A DNA stretch of 64,000 nt from Trueperaceae bacterium. GTDB taxonomy: Bacteria > Deinococcota > Deinococci > Deinococcales > Trueperaceae. Position 1 is the stretch's first letter, and each line of letters opens with the position of its first letter. The position numbers and the translations under genes are program-made. The notes below the pieces were generated by a model that was given only the letters and a program-made list of their open reading frames with translations, ran no database searches and was not told the origin of the DNA. Where the stretch lies: NCBI GenBank assembly GCA_965215565.1, contig CBDCDZ010000004.1, positions 224,001-288,000 of the forward strand, in the 5' to 3' direction. Of the stretch, positions 41,143 through 50,537 are shown piece after piece.

Positions 41143-41177
41143 AAAAAAAGAGGACGGGGGTAAGACCGCACCTCTTT
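41143..41177 (-). terminator. Intrinsic terminator
   Basis: AAAGAGG..TCTTACCC..CCTCTTTTTTT on the minus strand. Confidence 0.6.
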
Positions 41178-41192
41178 AACCAACTGGCTAGG

Positions 41193-41468
41193 TTAGTTCG
41201 TAGCTGGTAGATAAGCTACGTGAACTGTGACTACTGACAAGTCGAGCCCGAGCTTATCCTTGGCTAATTTTACAACGGCGCGGTTGACGAAACCCAAATC
41301 GACATCTCGCCAGCCGCTGCGTCTGCGGAGCACGAAACGAGACCCCGAGACGACGAGGGTGGCTTCCCATCTCACCCGCTGCTGGTAGTCCGTGTAAACG
41401 AGGACGCCATCCCCGTTTTGCAAGGTGATCGAGAGGTCTCGAGCACCCTGCTCGTAGTTGAACTGCAT
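41193..41468 (-). CDS. Hypothetical protein (91 aa ORFan)
   Basis: GAGGA RBS before ATG 41468; lies between two terminators. Confidence 0.6.
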   Translation of the reverse strand: MQFNYEQGARDLSITLQNGDGVLVYTDYQQRVRWEATLVVSGSRFVLRRRSGWRDVDLGFVNRAVVKLAKDKLGLDLSVVTVHVAYLPATN

Positions 41469-41525
41469 AACGCTTTCCTCATAGAAACTACCCGGTGAGT
41501 CTAACAAAGACGTTGCGCCCTCAAA

Positions 41526-41556
41526 TAAAAAAGCCCAGACCTGGTGAGTCTGAGCT
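41526..41556 (-). terminator. Intrinsic terminator after the 41603 ORF
   Basis: AGCTCAGAC-TCACCAG-GTCTGGGCT-TTTTT on the minus strand. Confidence 0.7.
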
Positions 41557-41602
41557 AGTAGAGGGCTAGGCCCTCGATGTTGCCGGAAAAGAGCAGCGTG
41601 AG

Positions 41603-42442
41603 TTACAAGGTGGCGAGCGCGAATAGCACGAAGTAATTTGTGAACATCCGCACGTAGGAACGCCGCGTGGTCAGCCAAGACGCCCGCATCTGCGGCGTGA
41701 CCACTTTGCCTCTTCTCTTGAGACTCGTCTCGGTCAATCGGACTGACAGCGCGATGACGAAACCTTGCAGATAGAGAGCGATAACGCCGCTGAGAAGCGC
41801 GAGGACAAACGACATGACGAGGTCGTATATGGAGACCTCAACCGTGCGCAGCTTCAGGGCTTCACTAGCCGTTAGCTGCAGAAACAGGTCCCCGCTCACT
41901 TGCGTCAGTAAGCTGGCTCCTACGGAGAATAGTGCGAGCACGCAAGCGTACATGGCGCAGAACTGGAGCCGTTTCCGCAGCGGTACTCGCTCCCCGTCAG
42001 GGCGTGAGAGGCTCGAGGTATATGCAAAATCTCCGCCTACTTTAAGAGGACCCCTGACGACCTCGAGGACGACGAGTGCGGTTGGCCAATCCTCAAGAAA
42101 AGGGATGAAGAACTGGAACATCCAGCCTACAAGGAGGGTGCTGCCGATGTTTTTCAGCAGCGTCTTTGCGCCCTCGGCTGTTTCCCACCGGGGTGAGAAT
42201 GGGCTGTGCGGCGGATGCGCCGTCTGTTCTTCAAGTTGCTCGGTCTGCTCCGCTTCTATACCTGCTCGAAAGCCTTGCCTATAGGCTTGGTCTTTCGCCC
42301 GCTCCAAGTCCCGCTGCAAGAGCAAGCGGCAGGCGTGGAGGTCTGCGCTGGTGAGATTTGCGGGGGCGACTGAGGGGCTCCCTACATCGCTCATCAAAAA
42401 GTCAAGTAGCTCTTTTCCGTTTTGTCGATTGTCATAGTTCAT
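41603..42442 (-). CDS. Hypothetical membrane protein (ORFan, 3-4 TM)
   Basis: Long ORF with hydrophobic helices; own terminator. Confidence 0.7.
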   Translation of the reverse strand: MNYDNRQNGKELLDFLMSDVGSPSVAPANLTSADLHACRLLLQRDLERAKDQAYRQGFRAGIEAEQTEQLEEQTAHPPHSPFSPRWETAEGAKTLLKNIGSTLLVGWMFQFFIPFLEDWPTALVVLEVVRGPLKVGGDFAYTSSLSRPDGERVPLRKRLQFCAMYACVLALFSVGASLLTQVSGDLFLQLTASEALKLRTVEVSIYDLVMSFVLALLSGVIALYLQGFVIALSVRLTETSLKRRGKVVTPQMRASWLTTRRSYVRMFTNYFVLFALATL

Positions 42443-42800
42443 GGCAAAGATTAAGTAAACGCCACCCCTAAATTAGCTTATTTTCGTCAGGGACGTGCAA
42501 GTAGAGACCGAACAAGGAGCTAAACGCGGAGGTGAAAGAGGAGAGGGACTGTATCTTTTTAGGCAACGCGCCCCTCTAGTTGTGCATTTCGCTGTCCTAA
42601 GCCCCTTAGAAGAGGTTAGATACCTCTTCAATCCGCAATTTAAGGTCTGAGTCTTGGGCATCTTGATAGCTTCCAACTATCGGAACGCTGTTCAACTAGC
42701 GTGTTAAGAAAATCACGGACCTTTCGCGGTGTTAGGCTGACTAAGCCCAGTGTAGAGGGGCAAAGGACAATGATAATTTAGGCTCCCCTCAGGGAGCAGG

Positions 42801-44837
42801 ATGAAAAAAATGTTGAGGAAAATCGCCGGTCTAGGGCTTGCCCTAGGCCTTGCTTTTACAGGTGCTGCCGTCAGCCCTGTAAAAGCAGTAGAAGAAGAGG
42901 TGCGCTCCGAGCGCATCTCACCCGTTCTCACTGAGAACGCCGCCAGCGCCGACGCTGGCAAAAAAGAAAAAGAGGTTGCGCCAGTCGCGCCTCTCGAAGG
43001 AGCCTTCTCCTTCGTACCCTTCAGTGGCAACACTGAAGCTGCTAGCGCCGACGCTAGCGAAGAAAAGAAAGAAGAGGTTGCACAAAGTGCGCCTCAAGCT
43101 CTCGGCGGCGAGAGCGAAGCGGCTGCACCAGCAGCCATGAATAATTGCGTCCCGTTCAAGCGGGTACGCTGTCATTCAAACGCGCCACCTGGCGCGGAAC
43201 CGGTAGTAGCGGGCCGTCCCGCTGCGCAAAATGTCGCTCATGACCCCCGGTCTGAGCGATTGGTAGGTAGAGGTGTTGACACCTCGAGCCTAGACAAGGC
43301 TTGGAAAAGGATTCATCAAGGGGCGGACATCAATATGTCGCCCCTTAATGACTATTGGAAGAGGCGACAGGAGGAAATCGCCCCTCCCCCCACCTCTTCG
43401 GAGGTGACGCCTTTACCAAAGGTGGAAACTGAGGCGCAACCTCACGCTCCGCCAGAGGGCAATAACCAAGCCGAGATCGACTCGGCACCGTCCAACCGCG
43501 AAAGGGTTGGAATAGAAAAAACCTCAACGGATGTTGAGGGAGGGGCACAAAATCAGGAGGAACCCGCCTCTCCTGCAATTGAAGTTGAACTTGATGAAGA
43601 GGTCATTGAAATACCGGAGGAGCCGACCTCTTCATCTGTCCAAAATGAATCAGAATCTGTGCAAATACAAGCACAGGAGGAACCAACTAAGACAGGTTCT
43701 GATTCTGTCACCGAGGGTGACAACCTTACAGACGAAGATGCGCAGGTTGAAGCGTCCGAATCTGTAGTTGAAGAAAATGTAGTACAAACACAGGAGGAAT
43801 CCGTAGATGAAGCGTCGGGAGGAAACGCCGGCCTAGAAGACAATGTTTCCACAAACGAGAGCGGAAATGCAGAGTCGCTCGAGTCACAAGAAAACCTAGA
43901 GGTACAGGAGATCTCCAACGAAGCGTCAGAGTCTGGGAAGGCTGACGCGGATTTAGAAGAAACTATTCCCGCAGACGAGAGCAACATCGGTGCAGATGAT
44001 GGGCTCGAGTCACAAGAAAACTTAGGAGTGCAGGAGACTCCCAATAACGAAGCGCCAGGGGACGGGAACCTTGACGCGGATTTAGAGGAAACGATTCCCG
44101 CCGACGAGAGTGAGATCGATGATGAACCGCTCGAGTCGGTTGAAGAAGTTGAAGAGGGTGGCCCCCCGGAAATTTCGACAAGTTTAGGATTCACCGGCGT
44201 CGGTGACGAAGAGGAAACCCCCACGTTTGATGTGGGCGTTGGCTTCGTCCAAGATGATTTCGGTGTTGAAACGATCATCAAAACCCCTGTCGGCGGGGGT
44301 GAAACAGCCGTAGACGCAGAAGTTACGCTACCTTTTTCTGAGATAACGTCTGTCAGCTTAAAAGCTGAAGACCTTCTCTCGGAAGGTAGCACCATTACTG
44401 CCAGTGCAGATATTCAAGTGTTGCCAAACTTGATCGTCAGCCCTGGCATCGAAAAATCCTCTGACGAGGCGCTCAAGACCAACCTGAGTGCAGCGTTACA
44501 GGCGACAGAAAATTTGGCTCTAGCCTTTGATATTGAAAACGTCGCAGCAGAACCCGTTTTCAATATCGAAAGTAACCTCGTGCTTGGCGAGCATGAGGTG
44601 GTAGCTAGAATCAAAGACGTGTCCAAAGCAGCACGGACATTCGATCTGGAGGGCTCTATCCAGGTTGTCGAATGGGCAAGAGCCCGCGTCAAATTCGAGA
44701 GCATTTTCAGTAGTCCAGTCGTAGGACTTGGGGCTGACCTTCAACTCACTCGCAGCACCGAGTTGAATGTCGGCGTCAACGACGCCTTTGGGTCCCAGAC
44801 CTACGACGCGAAAATTAAGTACACGTTTGGCTTGTAG
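42801..44837 (+). CDS. Secreted acidic repeat protein with probable C-terminal outer-membrane beta-barrel
   Basis: Signal peptide; Glu-rich repeats; amphipathic beta strands ending AKIKYTFGL. Confidence 0.75.
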   Translation: MKKMLRKIAGLGLALGLAFTGAAVSPVKAVEEEVRSERISPVLTENAASADAGKKEKEVAPVAPLEGAFSFVPFSGNTEAASADASEEKKEEVAQSAPQALGGESEAAAPAAMNNCVPFKRVRCHSNAPPGAEPVVAGRPAAQNVAHDPRSERLVGRGVDTSSLDKAWKRIHQGADINMSPLNDYWKRRQEEIAPPPTSSEVTPLPKVETEAQPHAPPEGNNQAEIDSAPSNRERVGIEKTSTDVEGGAQNQEEPASPAIEVELDEEVIEIPEEPTSSSVQNESESVQIQAQEEPTKTGSDSVTEGDNLTDEDAQVEASESVVEENVVQTQEESVDEASGGNAGLEDNVSTNESGNAESLESQENLEVQEISNEASESGKADADLEETIPADESNIGADDGLESQENLGVQETPNNEAPGDGNLDADLEETIPADESEIDDEPLESVEEVEEGGPPEISTSLGFTGVGDEEETPTFDVGVGFVQDDFGVETIIKTPVGGGETAVDAEVTLPFSEITSVSLKAEDLLSEGSTITASADIQVLPNLIVSPGIEKSSDEALKTNLSAALQATENLALAFDIENVAAEPVFNIESNLVLGEHEVVARIKDVSKAARTFDLEGSIQVVEWARARVKFESIFSSPVVGLGADLQLTRSTELNVGVNDAFGSQTYDAKIKYTFGL

Positions 44838-45314
44838 GGTTCGATCTCGAGCGGGTTAGCTACCGCTCGAGATCAGCTAAAAGCCAGCGTCTACTCGTCC
44901 TATCGCAGCACGGGCAGTAGACGAGACGACGTGTATCCTGAGGGGAGTGTCGCACTTTATGAGGTTACTCAAACGGTAATCTCGCTAGCATTCGCAGCAC
45001 GCTAGCTTAAAGTGTGACGAATCAATTTCAAGGTGTCAGACCCTGCCGAACCCTGCCGCCAAGGTAGGGAGTCATCTGTTTTTGTCTAACAGATAGTCTA
45101 GGGGAAGGCTGACCCGGCGTGCAGTTATGCACGCCGCCGAGCGAAAAAACGACGTGGGTACTTTGTACGTATCTGCGTTGCTGACGATGCCGAACTGTTT
45201 AGTGTTTTGTTTACACTAAATGGTCTTGGGTGATCCGGCGCGAAACTTGAAGTTTAATTTCAAAACCCTCTCTCGAGGTCAACCAGAACCCCTCCAAGGT
45301 TCTGGTTTTTTCTT
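44838..45314 (+). ncRNA. Candidate large structured RNA / 3' UTR ending in an intrinsic terminator
   Basis: About ten hairpins and two multibranch junctions read by eye; repeated loops; terminator at 45281-45314. Confidence 0.6.
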
Positions 45315-45339
45315 GCCGCTACCTTGAGTAGGTATTAGA

Positions 45340-45804
45340 TAGCAGGTATCATCTGGTCAGAGACACTCTCACTCTACAAAACAATGTCTAGCACGCACTT
45401 TGAAGGATGATACCTGCGCTCATCCGTCTCAGTATGTTTTGGAACTGCCAAAAGTCTGTCTCACTACGTTCGGAGCTGGTTTGAGTGTACTAGCAGGTAT
45501 CATATGGTCAGTTACACTCTCACCAAAAAGAACATCGCCTAGCACGCACTTTCAGGGATGAAGTTCCGCAACGGCAGGGTGGCCTGCCCGTAACGCTAGT
45601 TCTTCGAACTGAGATCTGCGGAGAAGTGTTGCTTCGCATGACTTCGTCCAAGCAACGATAAGTGGAAGTGCTATACGCAATCTTGTGAAGCAATACTCTC
45701 ACTGTAGAAAATACTGCTCAGCACGCACATTATGAGATGAAATTCCGCTAGTCCTTACGGACAGAGACCTGCGGCACTCCGTCTCAATATACGGATACCT
45801 GCTA
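45340..45804. mobile_element. Cluster of MITE-like repeats (45340-45450, 45491-45673, about 45686-45804)
   Basis: Ends TAGCAGGTATC...GGAACTGCCA / GGAAGTGCTA / GATACCTGCTA; shared core AGCACGCAC..GATGA. Confidence 0.8.
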
Positions 45805-45937
45805 AATCTTATAGAATGCTTACAAATCACCGTGTGCTCTCTTTTCGTTACACTACTATGTATCAGAGTTCGGCGAAGCGTTCCTCTGCTGGACGTCAAT
45901 TCAGAGGTGCTGGCAGCCGCCTTATGAGGAGAAGAAA

Positions 45938-48265
45938 ATGCGATATTCGTTTGATCAGATGCGCAGCTTGCGCCTTTTGCTAACCTTTTTGCTGGGGTGT
46001 CTCGTATCAACGTACGGCTCAGCGCAGGTGGGCGAAAATCTCCTCCAAAACGCTAGCTTTGAAGGCGAGATTGGTTGGAATTTGGGAGTGGACGCTACTG
46101 CGCAAGCGAGCGGCGGCGTGGAGAGCGGCGCTTACTGCGCGGCGGTGGAGCGCGGTGGGGATGAGCCCTGGAGCGTCGCCCTGCGGCAAGACGACTTCGC
46201 GCTGACGAGCGGTCTCTACACGCTTAGCTTCAGCGCCTACAGTGCAGCCGAAGTTGACGCTAAGGTGGGCGTTAAGGTAGGTCAGGCGCAAGCGCCTTAC
46301 ACCGAATACTTTTACCAAGAGCGAACCGTACCAGGTGAGTCTACGCTCTACAGCTTCGAGGCTGAAATTTTCGTCGACGAACCCGATGCGCAGCTCGAGC
46401 TGTTTTTAGGTGGCTCCCTCGGCAACGAGGGCGCAGCGCTCTGCTTCGACGACGTCGTGCTGAGCAGGCTCGCGGCGGAAGAGCGCACTCGCGAGTTCCC
46501 TTACATCATGGTGGATCAGTTCGGCTATCGCCCGGTTGACCCGAAAGTCGCTGTGCTCGTCGATCCGCAAAGGGGCTTTAACGCGGACGACACGTACGTG
46601 CCGGGTGAATGGCTCGAGCTGCGCCGCGCCGACGACGAGCGCGTGGTCTTCCGAGCCGCGCCGACGCCGTGGCGAGAGGGCGACGTGCAGTCTACTTCGG
46701 GCGACAGAGGTTGGTGGCTCGACTTCAGCGAGGTCACGGAGCCGGGCAGCTACATCCTCTATGACCCCGACAACGAGGTACGCTCGTATCCTTTCGACAT
46801 CGCTGAGGATGTCTACCACGAGCCCTTCAAGGCGGCGGTGCGCATGTTCTACTACAACCGCGCCAACCTCGCCAAGGTAGAGCCCTACGCCGACCCGCGC
46901 TGGCGCGACGGACCGTCTTTTATGGGACCCGGACAGGATACCGAGGCGCGTTTCGTCGAGGATAAAGCGAACGTTTACACAGCGCGCGACCTCTCGGGCG
47001 GTTGGTTCGACGCGGGCGACTACAACAAATACGTGACCTTCGCCCACGCGCCGGTACACATGCTGCTCAGCGCGTATGAGCAAAACCGCGAGGTGTTCAC
47101 CGACGACTTTGACCTGCCCGAGTCGGGCAACGGTGTTCCTGACCTCATCGACGAACTCAAGTGGGAGTTCGACTGGCTCAAGAAGATGCAAGTCGCTGAG
47201 GGCGGGGTAATTATCAAAGTGGGCAATATCAACTTTAACGCGGTGTCGCCGCCGAGCGAGGACCCGCGCCCACGCTTTTACGGACCGCTCTGCTCTTCGT
47301 CTACCATTGCGGCGGCTAGCATGTTCGCCCACGGCGCGCTCGTCCTCCGCGACGTTGCGCCGCTCGCCGAGTACGCCGCAGACCTAGAGCGGCGTGCGGT
47401 GCGGGCGTGGCGCTGGTACGAAAAGAACCCCAAACGCGAGGACTGCGACACCCAAGAGATCAAAGCGGGGGACGCAGATCGCTCGCTCGCCGAGCAAGAC
47501 GCGATCCAAGCGGTGGCGGCGGTCTACCTCTTCGCCCTGACAGGCGAGCCGCACTACCAAGACACGCTCATGGAGACCTACGCCAGCACGCGCCCCTTCG
47601 CCGACGCCGCGCCGCGGTGGTCTATGTACAACCCCGCCGAGGGGGACGCGCTGCTCTACTACACCACCTTGAATGGGGCTGACCGCGCCCTGCAGCAGCG
47701 CGTCCGCGAGGCGAAAGTCGGCGGCGCTTACGGCGCGTCTAGAGCCATCTACCAATTCAAGGAGGTGCAAGACCTCTACCGCGCCTACCTGCCGGAGGAG
47801 TCTTACCACTGGGGCAGCAACTACGTGCGTTCGGCGCTCGGCAATACCAACTTAGACATGCTGCACTACAGTCTCGACATCGGGGCGCACCCCCTTTACG
47901 AAGCGAAGGCACTGGGCATCGTGCACTACCTACATGGTGTCAACCCGCTCAACCTGGTTTATCTGACCAACATGGCTGAATTTGGCGCGGAGCGCTCCGC
48001 GAGCCAGATGTGGCACGACTGGTTCGCTGACGGTACGGTCTGGGACGACGCTTTAACGAGCGAGCGCGGACCCGCGCCGGGTTATATAACAGGTGGACCC
48101 AACGCAGCTTACTCGGGTCAAGCCGCGCCGCCTGCAGGCGAGCCCGCGCAAAAGGCCTACCGAGACTGGAACTCAAACTCGGGTCAACCGTGGGAGATTA
48201 CCGAACCCGCCATCTACTATCAAGCTGCCTACGTGAGACTACTTGCGAACTTCTTGGCGCGCTGA
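45938..48265 (+). CDS. GH9 endoglucanase with CBM4/9 and CelD-type Ig domain
   Basis: VDQFGY, DLSGGWFDAGDYNK, WEITEPAIYY; signal peptide. Confidence 0.92.
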   Translation: MRYSFDQMRSLRLLLTFLLGCLVSTYGSAQVGENLLQNASFEGEIGWNLGVDATAQASGGVESGAYCAAVERGGDEPWSVALRQDDFALTSGLYTLSFSAYSAAEVDAKVGVKVGQAQAPYTEYFYQERTVPGESTLYSFEAEIFVDEPDAQLELFLGGSLGNEGAALCFDDVVLSRLAAEERTREFPYIMVDQFGYRPVDPKVAVLVDPQRGFNADDTYVPGEWLELRRADDERVVFRAAPTPWREGDVQSTSGDRGWWLDFSEVTEPGSYILYDPDNEVRSYPFDIAEDVYHEPFKAAVRMFYYNRANLAKVEPYADPRWRDGPSFMGPGQDTEARFVEDKANVYTARDLSGGWFDAGDYNKYVTFAHAPVHMLLSAYEQNREVFTDDFDLPESGNGVPDLIDELKWEFDWLKKMQVAEGGVIIKVGNINFNAVSPPSEDPRPRFYGPLCSSSTIAAASMFAHGALVLRDVAPLAEYAADLERRAVRAWRWYEKNPKREDCDTQEIKAGDADRSLAEQDAIQAVAAVYLFALTGEPHYQDTLMETYASTRPFADAAPRWSMYNPAEGDALLYYTTLNGADRALQQRVREAKVGGAYGASRAIYQFKEVQDLYRAYLPEESYHWGSNYVRSALGNTNLDMLHYSLDIGAHPLYEAKALGIVHYLHGVNPLNLVYLTNMAEFGAERSASQMWHDWFADGTVWDDALTSERGPAPGYITGGPNAAYSGQAAPPAGEPAQKAYRDWNSNSGQPWEITEPAIYYQAAYVRLLANFLAR

Positions 48266-48304
48266 CGGTTGACGCTCGAGACATACGCCGAGCCTATCCA
48301 AAGG

Positions 48305-48331
48305 AAAACGCCAGCGTTTAGGCTGGCGTTT
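48305..48331. terminator. Terminator between convergent genes
   Basis: AAACGCCAGC-GTTTAG-GCTGGCGTTT. Confidence 0.7.
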
Positions 48332-48348
48332 AAGACCGTAAGGGGTAA

Positions 48349-48714
48349 TTACGGTTTGTAAAAAGCTCTTAACCGGGCAACAGTCTGAAGTTGACGGAGC
48401 TGCCAAGTCGAGACTTCTCGGAACGCCTCGAGCCGAGCCTCAGTACAAAGCCGGAGCATCGCGAGTTCTCGGCGGTGCTCGCCTCCCCTGTCGGAGAGGT
48501 CAGCCTCGGCGTGCCGCTCCAACTCCCCGATGACCCGTAGCTGCACTGCCACGAGGTCAACGTCGAACGTGCCGAAAAGCTCGCGGCTACTGCCCTCCAT
48601 AAAGCAGTAGCACTGAGCGTCTGAAAACGGCTTGAGCTGCTCAGTACTTTCCAAGGTGAGCGCATCTTTCAACCTCAGCAGTTCTCCTCTGAGACCTTCG
48701 TATGGTTGTCTCAT
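48349..48714 (-). CDS. Hypothetical protein (ORFan)
   Basis: 121-aa ORF with a TATAAC just upstream and a terminator downstream. Confidence 0.55.
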   Translation of the reverse strand: MRQPYEGLRGELLRLKDALTLESTEQLKPFSDAQCYCFMEGSSRELFGTFDVDLVAVQLRVIGELERHAEADLSDRGGEHRRELAMLRLCTEARLEAFREVSTWQLRQLQTVARLRAFYKP

Positions 48715-49210
48715 GACGTTATACCGATAGTAATACTGAACTGAAAGAATGATGGCGTAAATTGAGAGCGTCTGAGGGTACGCGCTGAGAAGCCCTTAGC
48801 CAGAGGTCTAGCGGGAGCGGGACCACGCGACTGCATCTTTGAATCAACGCGCGTCGATAACGGCATAACACGCCCAGCTAAAGGCTCTTTTCCGCGCGGT
48901 TTAGATGTCAAAAGTACGATATCTAAACTTCACTTTAGTATAACAATCACGTTTAGCTTAACCTCTTGCGCGGCGCTTAAAGAAATTTAGGCAGCGCCGT
49001 CGCGCAGCCTAGCAACCTTGTCCGTTGACTTAACCCCACTCGCACGCTGAGCGCTTGCTATGCTCAGCATCAAGAACCATGCACCGCAAGCGGTTCTTAG
49101 AAAAGAAACTGCGGGGAAAGGAGGTCATCCTGAACGCTCTACGCATCTCGTTCGAAAAAACCAGCCCTTTGCCGTGGTTTCTGTCACTGCAAACTCTACA
49201 AAAGAAAAGA

Positions 49211-50078
49211 ATGACAGACACCAACAGAAAGTTCGCTGAGCGTGTGGCTCAGCTCGAAAGAAGACGCGCACAGAACGAAGCGCGCGCAAAAGAATATACG
49301 CCGTCAGGGAGCAAAGCGTTTTGCTCAGAGAGCGCGAGTTAGAGTCGCGTCTCGAGGCGTGCGACATCGTGCTCACGGGCGATGAGCGCGAGCTTAATAA
49401 ATGTGAGACAAGACTCCTTATTCTGGAGCAAGAGCTTCAGAGTAAAGAAGAGGTTGTCGCCGAGTTGGAGAAGCGCATCGTGCGCCCTTCAGATTCGGAA
49501 GCGCCTTCACTGAGCAAACTGGAAGCTCGAGAAGCGCAAGTAGATGAGGCTGATGCGCGCGTTAGTCAACTCGAAAAGGCGCTCTCTAGGCGAGACGTTG
49601 TCTCCGACGCGCCGCATGTCGAGATAGAGGCAGCGCCAGCCCTGCCGGAACAGGAGCTTAACGTCAGCTCCGCTGACGATCCTTGGAAAGCGCCTGAAGG
49701 CGCTCAAGCTGGAGCGCAACCGAGTGCTCTAAGCCCTTCAGAAGAGGCTGAAGCGCCCGAAGTCGAAGAGGCTGAACAGGCTCCGCCTGAAACGCCCGAA
49801 GAAGCCGAACGTGCAGAACGCGCACGTGACCGGGCTAAAAAGGTCCTGGGATACCTACGTGGTTATGGACGACTGCAGGGTTCGCCGGAATCCTCAGCTA
49901 CATCATAGTTCTTAGCCTCGCTTTCGCGCCGGCTCCATACACCCCTTCGTGGGGACCTGCCGTCCGCTACTTCTTCGAGGGCGATCAGCAGAAAAAGCTG
50001 GAGGAAATCCAGAAGCGAAATGCCGAGCTGGAAAAATTGAAAGAAGAGAAGGAGCGTCAGGAGGACCCCACCCGCTAG
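49211..50078 (+). pseudogene. Coiled-coil plus single-TM protein split by two frameshifts
   Basis: Joining frames at about 49295 (GAATATACGCC) and about 49850 (CTGGGATA) gives one coherent protein ending ..EKERQEDPTR*. Confidence 0.65.
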
Positions 50079-50374
50079 AACTTTGACAGTTCGTTAGATG
50101 AGATACCTCGAGCATCCCTTCCCTACGCTGCACTTAGGGAAAATGAGCGCCGCTGCACTCTGCGCTTCTCTTGTGAGCCTCGAGGTTGAGAAGAGGACTT
50201 CTTGGTGAGCACTGCTGCACCGCTCCACCCAGGAAACCGCCTCTACGCTCGTCCGCTCTACGGGCGAGTATCTCTTGGGTCAACGCATCTTCTACATGTG
50301 TTGACCGCGTTTACGGGTGAGAAACCATCCTTTTCTCACTTCTGAATAGACCCCGACTGGGGTCTATTTTTTTT
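50079..50374 (+). ncRNA. Candidate structured RNA / 3' UTR ending in an intrinsic terminator
   Basis: Hairpins with GCTGCAC x3 and (C/T)TCTAC x3; terminator AATAGACCCC-GACT-GGGGTCTATT followed by a T run. Confidence 0.55.
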
Positions 50375-50400
50375 GCTCCTGTGGCGGTTTGAACAGAGGT

Positions 50401-50537
50401 GTAATACCCTTTCCGGTTAAACACGCTACAAAGTAGTGTGTTTAATCCCGAACAGAGTGAGTAGAAACAGCGACGGATTCCGGTGAGTAGCGGAAAAATG
50501 CGAATGCATTTTGTAGTGGATTCACCCGGAATCCGTA
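50401..50537. repeat. SNR-like small dispersed repeat (inverted homologue of 18059-18298, without the insert)
   Basis: Reverse complement aligns with 18059-18108 and 18210-18298. Confidence 0.8.

Noticed and set aside
43553..44395. 280-aa Ser-rich antisense ORF
   Set aside because: Shadow of the Glu-rich repeat gene on the opposite strand.
44838..45314. RNase P RNA, tmRNA or self-splicing intron
   Set aside because: No GAGGAAAGUCC, tRNA-like ends or intron core motifs recognised; kept as an unknown structured RNA.
45340..45804. CRISPR array
   Set aside because: Repeats are long, modular and irregularly spaced, with inverted ends; no constant repeat-spacer period and no cas genes.
46406..47332. 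308-aa antisense ORF inside GH9, and similar overlapping ORFs throughout
   Set aside because: Expected shadow ORFs in GC-rich coding DNA; no motifs or start signals.
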